Source: Tricharina praecox (taxonomy: Eukaryota). From it: 64,000 bases of DNA. Numbering within the stretch: the first letter of the stretch is position 1; every line of letters starts with the position of its first letter. Positions 49,738 through 62,133 of the stretch are shown here, piece after piece. The notes below the pieces were generated by a model. The model saw only the letters and a program-made list of their open reading frames with translations. It had not been told where the DNA came from and did not search any database. The translations under genes were made by a program, and so were the position numbers. The DNA is taken from the NCBI RefSeq assembly GCF_024521635.1, contig NW_026250405.1, positions 1,488,001-1,552,000 of the forward strand, read 5' to 3'.

Positions 49738-51084
49738 ATGTCCCGTTCAGCTTCAAATTCGTCCTCGGGAGAGTCCGACACCCCTCCGCCGCCTCCACCC
49801 AACACTCCGACCGAACCGACTTCGGGAAATGGCCATGCTCATTCCCGACTACCGGGAGTGCCGGGGGGCAATGACTGGAGGAGGGGAATCGTAGCTAAGA
49901 TTCTTCCTCACTGGAACGCTTCGTCCATCAACCCTGGCTGGACTCCGGCAATTGCGGGTGGCACCGCGGGATTTGTGTCGGGAGTCTTCACTTGTCCGCT
50001 CGATGTAGTCAAGACGAAGCTACAGGCCCAGGCTGGATGGTCGCGCACTACTCCGCGTCCTCGTGGCGCGATAGGCGCTGGTGAACTCAAGTACCGCGGG
50101 TTGATAGGAACAACCAAGACGATCCTTCGCGAGGATGGCCTCCGCGGAATGTACAAAGGCCTCGGCCCGTTGATTCTCGGATATCTCCCCACTTGGACGG
50201 TGTACTTCACAGTCTATGAGAAAGGAAAGGTTGAGTTGAAGCCATGTTAGTTATTCCCAGTGATCCCCGCGTACGAGCCAACGTGTGATATGATGTGCTA
50301 ATTATGCGTATGTGTTCCCTGCAGACATCGAGACCGAAAGCTTCGTCCAGATGGGTGCTGCGGTTCTCGCTGGCGCTTCGAGCACTTTGTGCACCAACCC
50401 CATCTGGGTCATCAAGACGCGCTTGATGTCGCAGCCGCCAGCCGCTAGCAGTACTGCGGCGGTGAGATCGTCTGCGTACTTTTACTACAATACGTGGGAT
50501 GCCGCCAGGAAGATGTACCGTTACGAGGGACTCAAATCCTTCTACTCCGGCCTCTCGCCCGCTCTTCTCGGTCTTACCCACGTGAGCGTCCAGTTCCCGG
50601 TGTACGAGTTCCTGAAGAAACACTTTACCGGCGGAATCGAGCTTGGAAAGCAAGATGCAGACGGCAACAGCAATTTCAGCGGAATTCTGGCAGCCAGTTG
50701 CCTCAGCAAGATCTGTGCCTCTTGTGCCACCTACCCCCACGAAGTCCTGCGCACTCGTCTGCAGCGCCAGAGGATTTTGAGTGGTATTGCCGAGACTGCA
50801 GGAGCGAAGCGCGAGGTCACCTTTCCTAAATACCGCGGTATCTTCCCCACCTTGTTCACCATTATAAGGGAAGAGGGAGGACGTGCTCTGTACAATGGAA
50901 TGGGAACGAACCTGGTCCGCGCTGTGCCTAGCAGTGCTATGACCATTCTCACCTACGAATGTATGTCTCCTTTTCCCCCACCCACCCACCCTACTAACGA
51001 GGCCGCAACCTAGTTGTCGCCGGCCTTCTGTCGCGCCTCCGCGAGGAGAGCATCAACCATTACGGCAGCGGAGGCAGGTTTTAA
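49738..51084 (+). CDS. NDT1: Mitochondrial carrier, NAD+ transporter type, 3 exons
   Basis: Three carrier repeats PLDVVKTKLQ, PIWVIKTRLM and PHEVLRTRLQ. GYLPTWTVYFTVY is typical of the Ndt1/Ndt2 subfamily. Confidence 0.85.
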
Positions 51085-52179
51085 CCGCCAGCCAGCTAGC
51101 CACGACGAACGAACGAACGATGATGACCACCACGACGACGGGAATCTTTTTTTCTCCTTTTACATTTCCATCTCGACGCGAATACTAGAACTGTTACAGC
51201 TTACATTAGAGGTGTGGTGGTCTGGGGTGTTGTGCTTTTACGGTCTTACAATGCTTTTACCCTTTACTGCTTTCGCGATGATATCTTTGCTAGCTACACT
51301 TCGGTGCATCATGGCTTTTTTTCTTCTGGTCTCATTTTTTTCTTTTCTTTGACTTTGACTTTTTCTTTCTCTTTTACCGGTCATTCATCATCATCATCAT
51401 AGGGGGGGGGTGGGGGTTGGGGGGGTGGCGCTCTGCTTTGCTTTGCTTTTCAAGGGGATCTGTTTTTTTTACGCTGGTTCTTTTTACAATTGCTTGTTAC
51501 TGCTGGTTTCGGACCCGGGTATGGTCTTAGTTTTGGGGCGGTTGTCTGTTTCTTTCCATTTCTTTTCATTTCTTGTTTCTTTTCATTTCCTCTAATACTT
51601 CTTACAGTTGCCGATTTGTTGTTTGTTTTCCTTTTCTTTTCCTTTTCTCGTTCTCCTAACATTTCGACCTCCATTTCGACGATTGATACATGGAGATGAG
51701 ATGATGGGATGGGATGAGATGCGATGATGAGATGCGATGGGATGCGATGTGCTGATGATTGTTTTTGCGGATCGATGTCGATGTTCTATGCATGGCTGCA
51801 TGGCTGGCTGGCTGGATACATGGCTGGATGGATAGATGTCGATTGATAGACGGGGGACTGCTGTGAAGTAGATTCTCATGTTTGCCCGTCTTTCTGTCTA
51901 TCTGTCTGTTACTCCGGGTTTGACGATACCTACCTAGATGATGGTATCTACAGGAGGTATGTACAACTTCCTGTCTGTTGGATCTGGAATCTTTACATAT
52001 GACGCTACATTTCGATCAATGATTCGGGCTGGACTTTATTGGGCTGTGCTGGGCTAGGCTGTATACTAGATACTGGTAGAGGGAACAAACGATGTGAATA
52101 CCATTCCACACGCCATGCAGTCGGGGAGACGTGACTTTAGCAGTGTCTATGTATCACCACTACTTTCACCATTACCATA

Positions 52180-52587
52180 GGGCCCGTTTGGATGGCCTCA
52201 ATTTTAGCGAAACCTGTCAGTTTTTCGAGAAACTGAGCAAACAAAACTGAAACTGTGCGGCTCCGGCGATGAAACGGGAACAGACCTCTGGAGGTCTTTT
52301 CTCCACCACCACTACCAACTCAGTACCGCATTTTAACTTCAACCATGGACTCCCCTTCCGATAAGCGGGACTACAATGTGTCTACTACCTATTAAAGTTC
52401 TGGTGAAGCCTATTATTGTATTTACGGATGAGTACATATACTTGTTGCTGAGAACCGCCAAACACTCTGTTCACCTCACGGTTTTCCAGAAACTGAAACT
52501 GAAACTGGACAGTATTCGGTGTCCCGGCGGGGAATTGAATTTGGCTCTAAAACTGGAACTGAAAACTGGGGCCATCCAAACGGGCCC
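52180..52587. mobile_element. 408-bp MITE with PIF/Harbinger (Tourist)-like TIRs
   Basis: Perfect 18-bp TIR GGGCCCGTTTGGATGGCC (52180-52197) / GGCCATCCAAACGGGCCC (52570-52587), extendable to 26 bp with 2 mismatches. TA on both sides. Internal AAACTG repeats. No transposase ORF. Confidence 0.88.
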
Positions 52588-52726
52588 TAGGCATTGTCTA
52601 TGAATCACCACTGTCTACTTCTACTGCAAGATCCACCCACAAAATAAAAAACCGAGTGATACCCCGCACACGCGATATCGGCCCACACCACCACCACCAC
52701 CACCCCCACTCTAAGTTACTCTACTC

Positions 52727-52733
52727 TATATAA
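52727..52733 (+). promoter_or_regulatory. TATA box candidate upstream of the 58-aa ORF
   Basis: TATATAA about 125 bp upstream of ATG 52854, followed by a C/A/T-rich leader typical of fungal 5' UTRs. Confidence 0.45.
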
Positions 52734-52853
52734 CCCCAGCCCATCACCTTATTTCCCATCAGCTTACTTTCCCTTCCCATCCCTTCCCAACTCTACTCCA
52801 GCATCACTTCACCTTCAAGTATCTCACTCCACCACGACCAAAACCCAAGACCC

Positions 52854-53030
52854 ATGAAGATAACAGGCCGCACCATTGCCGCGCCCGCGGCCGCCGCAAC
52901 GATGGCGCTTCTGCTGCTCGCGTACACGCGCAGCTCCATCGCCGCCGCGCGTGCGGCGCCGGGGGGGAGTCTCAAGACTGCTGGTACTCATGGACGGAAA
53001 GTGGAGGGGGAGGGGGAGGGGGGGAAATAG
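52854..53030 (+). CDS. 58-aa microprotein with a single hydrophobic segment
   Basis: MKITGRTIAAPAAAATMALLLLAYTRSSIAAARAAPGGSLKTAGTHGRKVEGEGEGGK. GC-rich codons like host genes and an upstream TATA. It falls below the ORF-track length cutoff. Confidence 0.6.
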   Translation: MKITGRTIAAPAAAATMALLLLAYTRSSIAAARAAPGGSLKTAGTHGRKVEGEGEGGK

Positions 53031-53192
53031 AACACTGGGGAGGGGGAGTGGAGAAGGAGGGGATGATTGATTTTTTTGTTTTGTGGGGTAGCTATGAAAT
53101 GGAGGATGGATGGAAGGATGGATGGATGTATATGTGCCTGCGGACTGTCGACTATCGAGTGAGATATGATGTAATGTGATGAGTACTTTACT

Positions 53193-54497
53193 TTACTTTG
53201 TGGTTGTGGCTGTGGTTGTTGTCGTCGTAACGTCCCCCATCGCATCGATATCAGTCCCCTCGCAGCGCCACATGTACCAGCAAAACAGGGCTGCCACGGG
53301 TGCACATTAGCCATCTCCACTTCCAAGCCCAGTCCCGAGCCTCGTCGAGTCGATAGTGAAGTAAGTACTTACTCCGATACGGCGCAAACGGCTCCGCGAG
53401 CTCCCTCATCTCTTGTTCCGCCATATACTTCCACTTCTTACCACTCTTCCCACCCTTCCCGCCGCTCCCAGTCCCGCCCGCTTTTTTGAGGGCGTTAACA
53501 TCCCGCCCCGCCCACGCAGCCATACCCCTCTGCACGCCCAGATCTCCCACGGTGAAGACATCCCACCTCTTCAACGCAAACATGAGAAACATTTCCGCGC
53601 TCCACTGTCCAATACCATGGATCTTCGTGAGCTCTCTTACAATCTCGGCATCCGACGCGGTGGCCAGGAACTGCGGCGTGATGGTTGCGGTCTCGGCGGT
53701 GAACGCCGTGGCAAGAGAGTGCAGGTACGCCGCTTTGCGCGCGGAGACGCCGGCGGTCTGTAGGGTCGCCAAGGGGAGAGAGAGTACTAGCGATGGCGAA
53801 GGGAAGCGCAGGGACTCCAAGGTCAAATTGGGCTCGAAGAGGGAGATGAATTTGGCCTGCGCGCTGTCAGCTGTGTTGATGAAAACAGAGGGCGGAGGAG
53901 GGGTGGGGGGACCTTGATGCTCCGCGCAGCCGCCCCAGATACCTGCTGCGAGATTATCCCGCTCGCGAGGGAAGTAAACGGGTCCACCGCCTCCGCCAGC
54001 CCCACGGAAGTAAACAGCGGGCACGTGTGTGCGGCCACTAGTGGTGCGAGCGACGGCGACACGGAGAGGAGGTGCGCTTCGGCGTGCTGGAGGAGGGTGC
54101 CTTTAGGCGGGGCGGCGGGGGCGGTGGCGGTGGCAGTGTCGTCGTCAGTTTCAGCTTCGGCTTCAGCTGCAGCAGCTGAACTCCTCGACCTGCGCTTGGG
54201 CTTCGACTTGGGCTTGGACTTTACTCCGCCGGGAGTAGCGGTGGTGCTCTCGGTGGCAGCACCGCCCGCCATCGCAGCACCACCCGCCACCCCCACCACC
54301 GCCCTTCTACCAGTTCCAGCAGAGGCCACCCTGCTCTTGCTCTTGCTCTTGACCACGCCGACCGGTTTCGAGGGGTTCAAAGGGTTCGCAGGTTTCGAAG
54401 GTTTGAAGCTCCCCAGGAGCTTCCCCAGCGCTTGGTTCGCGACCGTCGCCGCCGCCACTGCCGCCGCCGCCGCAGTTCGTCGCGTAGTTGGCGCCAT
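53193..54497 (-). CDS. MAG1: DNA-3-methyladenine glycosylase (HhH-GPD), 3 exons
   Basis: DPFTSLASGIISQQVSGAAARSIK|AKF, AGVSARKAAYL, LTKIHGIGQWSAEMFLMFALKRWDVF.VGDLGVQRG and PFAPYR|TLFCWYMWR. Confidence 0.92.
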
Positions 54498-56786
54498 GGG
54501 TGCTGTAGTACGGTATAGTAGGCTAGGTATAGTACTTTCAGCTGCGAGAGTTGCTCGTGCGGGGCGATGGTGTGGGAAGACGCGACGAGGGGTGAGGGGA
54601 GCGTTGTCATAAGCAGAGTAGCTGTGGTGGGGCAGCGAGAGGAGGCGCGGGCGGGGCAGAAGGGAAACACAAACGAAACGGAAACATCACTCGCTCGCCT
54701 CCTCGCCCCCTGTGCCCTGCTCCTGAGCCCTCCACCCCGAGGCTCCCGTGCTTCAGGTGTGTGTCATCCGTGCGTGTGCGCGTGTGTGTGTGTGTGTGTG
54801 TGTGTGTGGGCGTGTGTGGCAGCTATGAATGATGACCTATCATCAATGCATATACTCGAGTAGTAATCGAATGCTACAGTGTGATATGATGTTTAAACAA
54901 ATAAATCCGTGCGTACTCTACTTGTGGAGGGGGGGAGGGAGGGCAGCGGGCACGCGTGCGACCAATCGCGCTGCCCGCTTCACACTGCTGCTGCCCGCCG
55001 TCGCAGCTGCCCGCTCCACGCTCCTCGGCGGTCCGCAGACAGGCTGGTAGGCTGGCAGCAGTCTGCGGGAGCGTTTTGTTGTAACTTGAAAAAGATTGCT
55101 ACTTATGTAGATATTATACACATGCTCAGATACATATACGAGTAGTTATCACGACGACAACGACTCCGGAGTAGGTAGCAGAGTAACAGAGAGCTCGGGA
55201 TCCGGCATCAGCAGCAGGGTGGGGGATTCGATACGATACGATGCGATTACAAACGACTCGGTTACCCTTTCTCTATCGTTCTCGCTTTCCTTCTCTCACG
55301 GCGGCCACTCACGGCGGCCCACTGACTCTGCTCTGCTAGCAGGTACATGAGCACATGAGATCCCAAGATCGACGAGAAATCGACGCGAAATCGGCGAGCG
55401 ATGGATGGACGCGATGAGTGGATGGCGATGTCTGAAGTGTTGTCACGACTCATGTAGCACCAGCATCAGCGCCGGCAGACGTTCCGGGGGAAGGGGGAGG
55501 GGGGGGGATGGGGGTTTGAGATGACGACTGCCCAGCAGCAGGTAGGTAGTGCACAATGCACATGCTACCTCAAAATATGTACACATGTACACGGAAAGAT
55601 CATCTACGATCTGGAACGCACAACTTGTAGGTAGCTTGCAGTCGCAGCAGTTGCAGTCGCAGTCGCATCACAGAGCAGAGGTAGCAGAGGTAGCAGAGGA
55701 TGATTCGGCGAGCTGGCGGTCATGGCCGAGCTCTCGAGTCTCGTCCACTCTTGCCCGCTCGTGTCTCGTAGGCTGCTTCTCTCATGTCTCGTCTCCTTGA
55801 ATTTTTTGCATGAGCTGAGCATGTGAGAGGTGTGTTTCCATGTTCCCATGTAGAGGGGGGGACGGGGGGACAGACGGCTTTATGCTTCAATTGAATTTGC
55901 CTTTGCCAGCTGTGGGACCACTCACCACCGACCACTGCCCACCAACCACAGACGCGTCGGGCCGTCCGAGGCTCGCTCGCTCGCTCGTTCGCGGGTTAGA
56001 CGGATTTGTAGATATGTCGCGAGCGAGCGAGCGGGAGAGAAGGGAGTCAACGAGAAGGGAGGGAGTCAACGGAATTGCGATCCGTGAGATAGGTAATTCA
56101 TATGAGTACCTGAACACTCTACTTCCTATGCATACTAGTACCTACTCTAGATACAGCTCATCCTCCCTCTAGCTAAGCAGAGCTCGGTGGTTTCGATTTG
56201 GAAGCCACTCGCGCCCGCCGCGCTCGCCCAACGCCGCAAAGCACCGCGCCGAATCGAAAGTGGAACTTCGAATTTCGAATTTGAATGGTTAGGTTGGGTT
56301 AGGTTAGGTAGGGGGGTGTGTCTGTGTCTGTGTGGGTGTGTGTGGATGTGTGGATGTGGATGTGTGTGGGTGCGTGGGTGGGTGCGTGGGTGGGTGCCGA
56401 ACGGAACGGGATCAGGTTTATTGGCGAGCCAAGGATTGCTCAGATGCTCAGATCAAGCAATTGCAAGTGTGCAAGTGAGTACTCTGCGGCAGGGGGGTGC
56501 GGAGAGTGCGTGCTCAGAGTGGAGAAAAAAGGCAAGAAGGGAGGAAGGATGGGAAAGGGAACGAAAAGGAAGAAGAAGAAGGGAAAGAAGAAGAAAGAGA
56601 CACAGACACACGATCGAGGTCGGCGGACGGAACGGCGCTCGGGGAGGGAAATGGGTGCCCGGCGGCATGTGGGTTGGTAATTGGGGTTCTCAAGTTGAAA
56701 CTTGAAACGTCGGCCGCCCGTGGAGGAGTTTGGTGCAGATATGGGGGTGCGTGTTTGGGAGTGGGGAGGAAATAATGGCTTTGATG

Positions 56787-56871
56787 GTGAGGAATGGCTG
56801 GCTTCGTTGTGAGGAATGGCTGGCTTCGTTGTGAGGAATGGCTGGCTTCGTTGTGAGGAATGGCTGGCTTC
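56787..56871. repeat. 22-bp tandem repeat GTGAGGAATGGCTGGCTTCGTT, about 3.9 copies
   Basis: Directly visible; the copies are perfect. Confidence 0.95.
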
Positions 56872-58538
56872 CATCATCCGGACAGCGAGACGACGACGAG
56901 ACGGCGACGAGAAAGAGACAGAGTCCTGTTTGCGCTCAATTGCTATTCCAGAGCCACGATTGTCACGCTCGGGGTTTGAGGAAGCTCCGGAGTGTGCCAG
57001 CAGCCGCCCGCGTCCACTGCGATGGCGCACTGCAAAGAGGTGGTGCCGACTAGTTCCTGTGTGTGTGCTCGTCTGTCTTTGCGCACAAATTCAATGGTCC
57101 GGCCCCATGCATGCCATGCCATGCCATGCCATGCCATGCCATGCCGGCCATGATGCTACTCTGCTTTGCTTTACCGCCGCCGCCCTCGCTGATGGATGGA
57201 TGGATGGCGATGTTTCTTAGCGATGGCAACTGTGGTGCCCCTGTCCTGGCCGCCGCCGCTGCTGCTGTGCTGCTGCTGAGTTCCGGCGAGTCAGGAACAA
57301 CCCCACACACACACCTCGACGCGTGTTTCTTGCCTCTCGCCTCTCTCGTCCGCACTGGGGGGGTGGGGGGATCGATGACGATGACGGCCACCACCACGTC
57401 TGTAACCAAGTATCTGGGGTGTGCTATCTCTCCATCTCTGTCCGCTCCGTCTGCTCCGTCTGCTCCGTCTGCTCCGTCTGCTCTGTCCGCTCTGGCCACT
57501 AGCATCATGCCTCACTCCTCCACTCTGTCCCCCGTCCGTGGCTCGGTCGGTCGGTTGGTTGGTCTTGGCTGGTCCTCCCCTTTCCCAGTGCCCACACGAA
57601 GAAGCCGTCCGTGGCTCAATCTGGTAGATATCTCCAGACTAGGCGTTGTCTGTCCCGCCGTGCCCGACCCAGGCCCTTCCCTCCAAATTATTGCTCCTTG
57701 CCAATGAAATGGCAGCTTGATAAGGTCCGAGCCACACCTCTTTCCGCGTGCTGTTCTCGCGTCTCGTGTGGATCCGCTGCGCTGCAGAGCAGAGTCGCAG
57801 AAGACTTCATAGAAAGAAAGAAAAAACAAAAAAAAGAAAGAAAGAAAGAGAAAAAAAAGACGTGAAGCATCATTGAAAACCGCACACCCCTGCCCAGCAA
57901 ATCTAACGGGCAGAGTGCTTTCCGCAATCGAGCATGGTGTCGATATCTTTCTTGGATACTCTAGCCACTCTGCTCTTCCGCCGCTGGGAAAAAACCAACC
58001 GACCGACCAGTAAAGGCACCGTTCCTGCCCCTTTCCCACCCCCCCCCCCCCCCCGGAAACTAAACACAATCCACAACCCCCCGACCCTGAAGTCCTATCC
58101 TACTGCCACACGACCCTCCACTCACACTCCCACCCCCGACCTAAATATCCCTTCACTCTCGGTTTTCCCGTCCTTTCCCTTTCTGAGCCCAATCGCCACA
58201 CACCCTAACGCTCCCGCTAGCTCCCAATCCGATCGCGCGCATCTCTCCCAACCGACCGCCTTTTGAACGTCCGTCCGCCTCCTTCTCTCTTCTACTTCTC
58301 TTCTGCTCCTCTTTCCCTCTTCCTCTTCCTCTTCTCTCTTCAGTCTCTCGTTGATCATCTCACCCGCTTAACTTGCCAACCTTCTCCTCCTCCTCCTCCT
58401 CCTCCCAACATCTCTCCACCTACACCTCTCCAACACACACCTCGAGAGTAAACACGTCGGCCTCACCTCGCCAACCCCCCTTGCATCACTCATACACCTC
58501 TTGTAATTAATCCGGCTCGAAAACTACACACAATCACA

Positions 58539-60012
58539 ATGCTCAACATCAAGAGACTGTTGTTCGCCGCCCTGGCCGTGGGAATGGTTGCTGGTATGTT
58601 TGTTTTTCTACTTTGCTTCATCTGCACACCTGCCGATCCTGCCTCTGCTCCTGCTCCTGCAGCAGTAGCTGCTGCTTCTACGGTTCATCACAATCACATT
58701 CTCCGATCTGATGGTCGTTCCTGAATGTTGATCGAACCCAATCCCGCTATCCCCCCCTTTTCGCCTAACACTACGAACTATCTCTTCGTCGGAACGAGCA
58801 ACAGAAAGCTAATACCACCGCTTAACAGCCCAGTGTGACGAGGATATCGAGATCCAGAGCGATGGAGACGTCAGCCAACTCGACAGCTGCTCGCGGTTCG
58901 ACGGGTCGATCAACATCAAGAAGGGTGTCGCGAACATCATTTTCCCGACCAGCGTGTCCAGCATCACCGGTGACTTGATCATTGACGGTGCCGTCGGCCT
59001 CACCGGCTTCTCGGCTCCCGGCCTGAAGACCATCGGTGGATCCTTCAAGCTCAACGGATTGACCGTCCTGTCCACCCTGTCTTGCCCCGAGCTCGTTTCC
59101 GTCGGTGACATCGCATGGAGCACCCTGCCTGCCCTGCAGTCGCTTTCTTTCACCAAGAAAGTCAGCAAGGCCAACACCGTCCTGATCACGGACACCTTGT
59201 TGACCTCGCTCGAGGGCATCAACCTGGTCACTGCTGAGCGTTTCAACATCAACAACAACCGTTACCTGAGGAGTGTCAACGTTGCTCTCGGTAACGTCAC
59301 GGATGTGTTGATCATCGAGGCCAACGGAAAGGGTGTCAACGCTTCGTTCCCCAACCTCAAGTGGGCCAACAACATCACTGTCCGTGATGCTGGTGATGTC
59401 TACTTCCCCGTCCTCGAGGAGGTCAAGAGCACCGCTGCCTTCGTCAACAACACCTTCGAGACCGTTTCGTTCCCTGAGCTCACCCAGGTTGGCGAGTCGC
59501 TGGCTTTCGTCTCTTGCTCTCGTTTGACCAAGATCTCGGCCAACGAGCTCGAGGAGGTTGGTGGTACTTTCCAGCTTGCCAACAACACCAAGCTCGCCGT
59601 TGTCGAGGACTTTGACAAGCTCGCCGTTGTCGGTGGTGCCGTCGATATCTCCGGTGTTGTCACCAAGTAAGTACTTTCCGTGTTTCCGAGAAATATCCTC
59701 TTTCGTGCATGTACTAATGTTTTTTTCTCCTTCAGCGTCACTCTTCCTTCCCTGGACGACGTTCGTGGTGGCTTCAACCTCCAGTCTACCGAGGATGTTT
59801 CCTGCGACGAGTTCAACGATCTTAAGAGCTCTGGCGTGATCAAGGGAGACGACTTCACCTGTGCTGGAAAGAAGGAGACTGCTGAGTCCAAGACCGGTGG
59901 CCTCGGAACTGCCGGATCCGGTAGCACTGACAACGAATCTGCTGCCGCCACTTTCGGTGCCAGCATGCTCGTCGCCTTCGTCGCTGGTGTCGCCGCGATG
60001 GTTGCTTTGTAA
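58539..60012 (+). CDS. ECM33: GPI-anchored cell wall protein of the Ecm33/Pst1/Sps2 family, 3 exons (introns 58594-58828 and 59667-59735)
   Basis: Signal peptide, receptor-L-domain-like repeats (LKTIGGSFKL, WSTLPALQSL, LTSLEGINL, FNINNNRYL, FPNLKWANNIT, LDDVRGGFNLQST) and a hydrophobic GPI signal after NESAAA. Confidence 0.92.
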
Positions 60013-60037
60013 ATGTAATCCGCTGGGGTTTTGTTTC

Positions 60038-60069
<32 letters not shown>

Positions 60070-62133
60070 TGCTGGGAGCTATCTTGTGCTTTTGCTCAAT
60101 TCATTGTTTGGCCCCCTCGGTTGTTTTTCTCGGGAGTTCACGCTCTGGCTTGCTTCGGGTTGGTCTTCTCAAAAGGAAAGAAAGACCTCTCTCTTAGCAC
60201 TTGTTTTTTTATGTCTTGTCAGGTGAAGAACGAACGATGTGGAACCCTCCGGTCACAAACGCGCATGGGAAAGTGACCGATTACTACTACTTTAGACGGA
60301 GAAACGTTGTTTTTTGCTTTTTGCTTTTTTTTTGTCTCTTTGCTTCTTTCTTATTATTTCCCGAACGAACGAAGCGAATAATTACGGGTTAATGGGGTGT
60401 TTTTTTTGTGCGTGTTTTTTACCTTTGACTTTGAGCTTGACTTTTACCACTCATGTATGTCTTTGTAGTCGTCGGGTCTGTGTAGCTTTTTCGTTTCGAT
60501 CCGGTACTCTGGTATGTTTGTGTGATGATGGTGAAGGTGGAGGTGGAGGTGGAGTGAACTGTAGGATGTTAGAGGTGGAGGGTTGTGGGTGGTGGTGAGT
60601 GGGCAGTGGGGAGAGGGCACTGGGGGGTTGATGGCAGTGAGAAGATTGTACTTGATTATGCTTGTATGTTTTGAATTGCAATCGCATTGACCGATAATCC
60701 GTTCCATGGTAGAAGTTGAGTGAAGATTGGAGAGTGAGGAGGGGAGAGTGATATCATGTGCCAGGGCGGAGCGGGAGGGCGGAAGGCGGACGATGACGCG
60801 GCTGCATATGTACTCATACTCGTACATAGATACCGGTGCTGGGTAGAGTAGGAGCAGGGTACCTACTGTAGAGTACATAAGGTACATACAGGTAGAACCG
60901 TGAGCGTGGGGAGTGGAGGGTCGGTCGGCAAGCATGGGTACATGTGAGTGGAGGATGATGGGGTGTCGCGGGTTTATTGCCGGTTCGCTCGGTATTGCGT
61001 ATTATACCGGTAGGGCGAGTCGGGAGAGTATGAAGGGAGAGTAGGGACTGAGGGCGGGCATGGACACGGAGAAGGGCAGGGGCAGTATATTCCGCGCATA
61101 TGTGGGTATTAGGTAGGGCCTGCTATGCTCACTGCCCGCGCTCACTGCCCAAGAGTACTGGCCACTGCCATGCCCGCAGCACACTGCTTACTGCAAACCG
61201 CCCAAGCTATCCGTGATTCCGAAACGTCGTAGGTACCGTAGAGTACGGTAGTAGGTGGAAGAGATGGAAGAGTATTCAACCCTCCCGCCCCGCCCGCCAG
61301 TCGGCCGCTGGTAACTATCACTACCTAGTATCTACATACTACGGGAGTACATACTCGTGAACAAAGCCAGGTGCTACATACGGTTCGGGTCGGTTCGGTT
61401 TGCTATGTAGAGGGTCTGGAGGGTACGGACTCCGGGGCTCTGGGACTCCGGGCTGTACTGGGTACACTACCGGAGGATGCTGCCGTAATAATACCGGAGG
61501 ATACTGCCGTAGCATATCGGTATTATTCTATGCATACCGTATCTACCGTGCCTACCGGTACTCTACCTACTCTAGAATACGGTACTCGGCAGACAGCAAT
61601 GCCATCACGACCTCACACTCGCATTCGGCTGGGAGTCGGCCGGGAGTCGTGCTCGGCTCTGCGCGAAATATCACTGCAGGTGGTCGCCGTAGGCTAGCAA
61701 AGGCCGCATGCGACAATAAATTGATGTTCTCTCTCTGTGACTGCACGATGAGTTGCGTGAGTTGCGTGACTGAGTACGTAAGTGCGTGCGGCTTCTCAGT
61801 CTACCAGTATGGCTGGAAGGGTGGGGAGGAAAGGAATAGCATGGACGAAAACACTGTCTGCTATTGTCTTTGCCCAGTGGCTCCATTCCTGCAATCCTAA
61901 CCGCCGCTAGGTATGGTAGAGCTGCCCATCCTCTTCCGGGTTCACTCGCCGCCATCACGCAGTAGTAGTCCTTCATCTGCTGCACATCGCAGTGTTATAT
62001 CACGGTTTTATGATTCCTGATCTCCAGCATACGGCACGCAGGCTCACAATGAAAAGATTGATATTCGCTAAAACCAATAGTAGTACGCAACACACACTCC
62101 ACATCCCCATCCGCAATCCATCCGTGTAACATT

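Noticed and set aside
58594..58828. Intronic snoRNA in the long first intron of ECM33
   Set aside because: No convincing C box/D box pair with a terminal stem, and no H/ACA structure.
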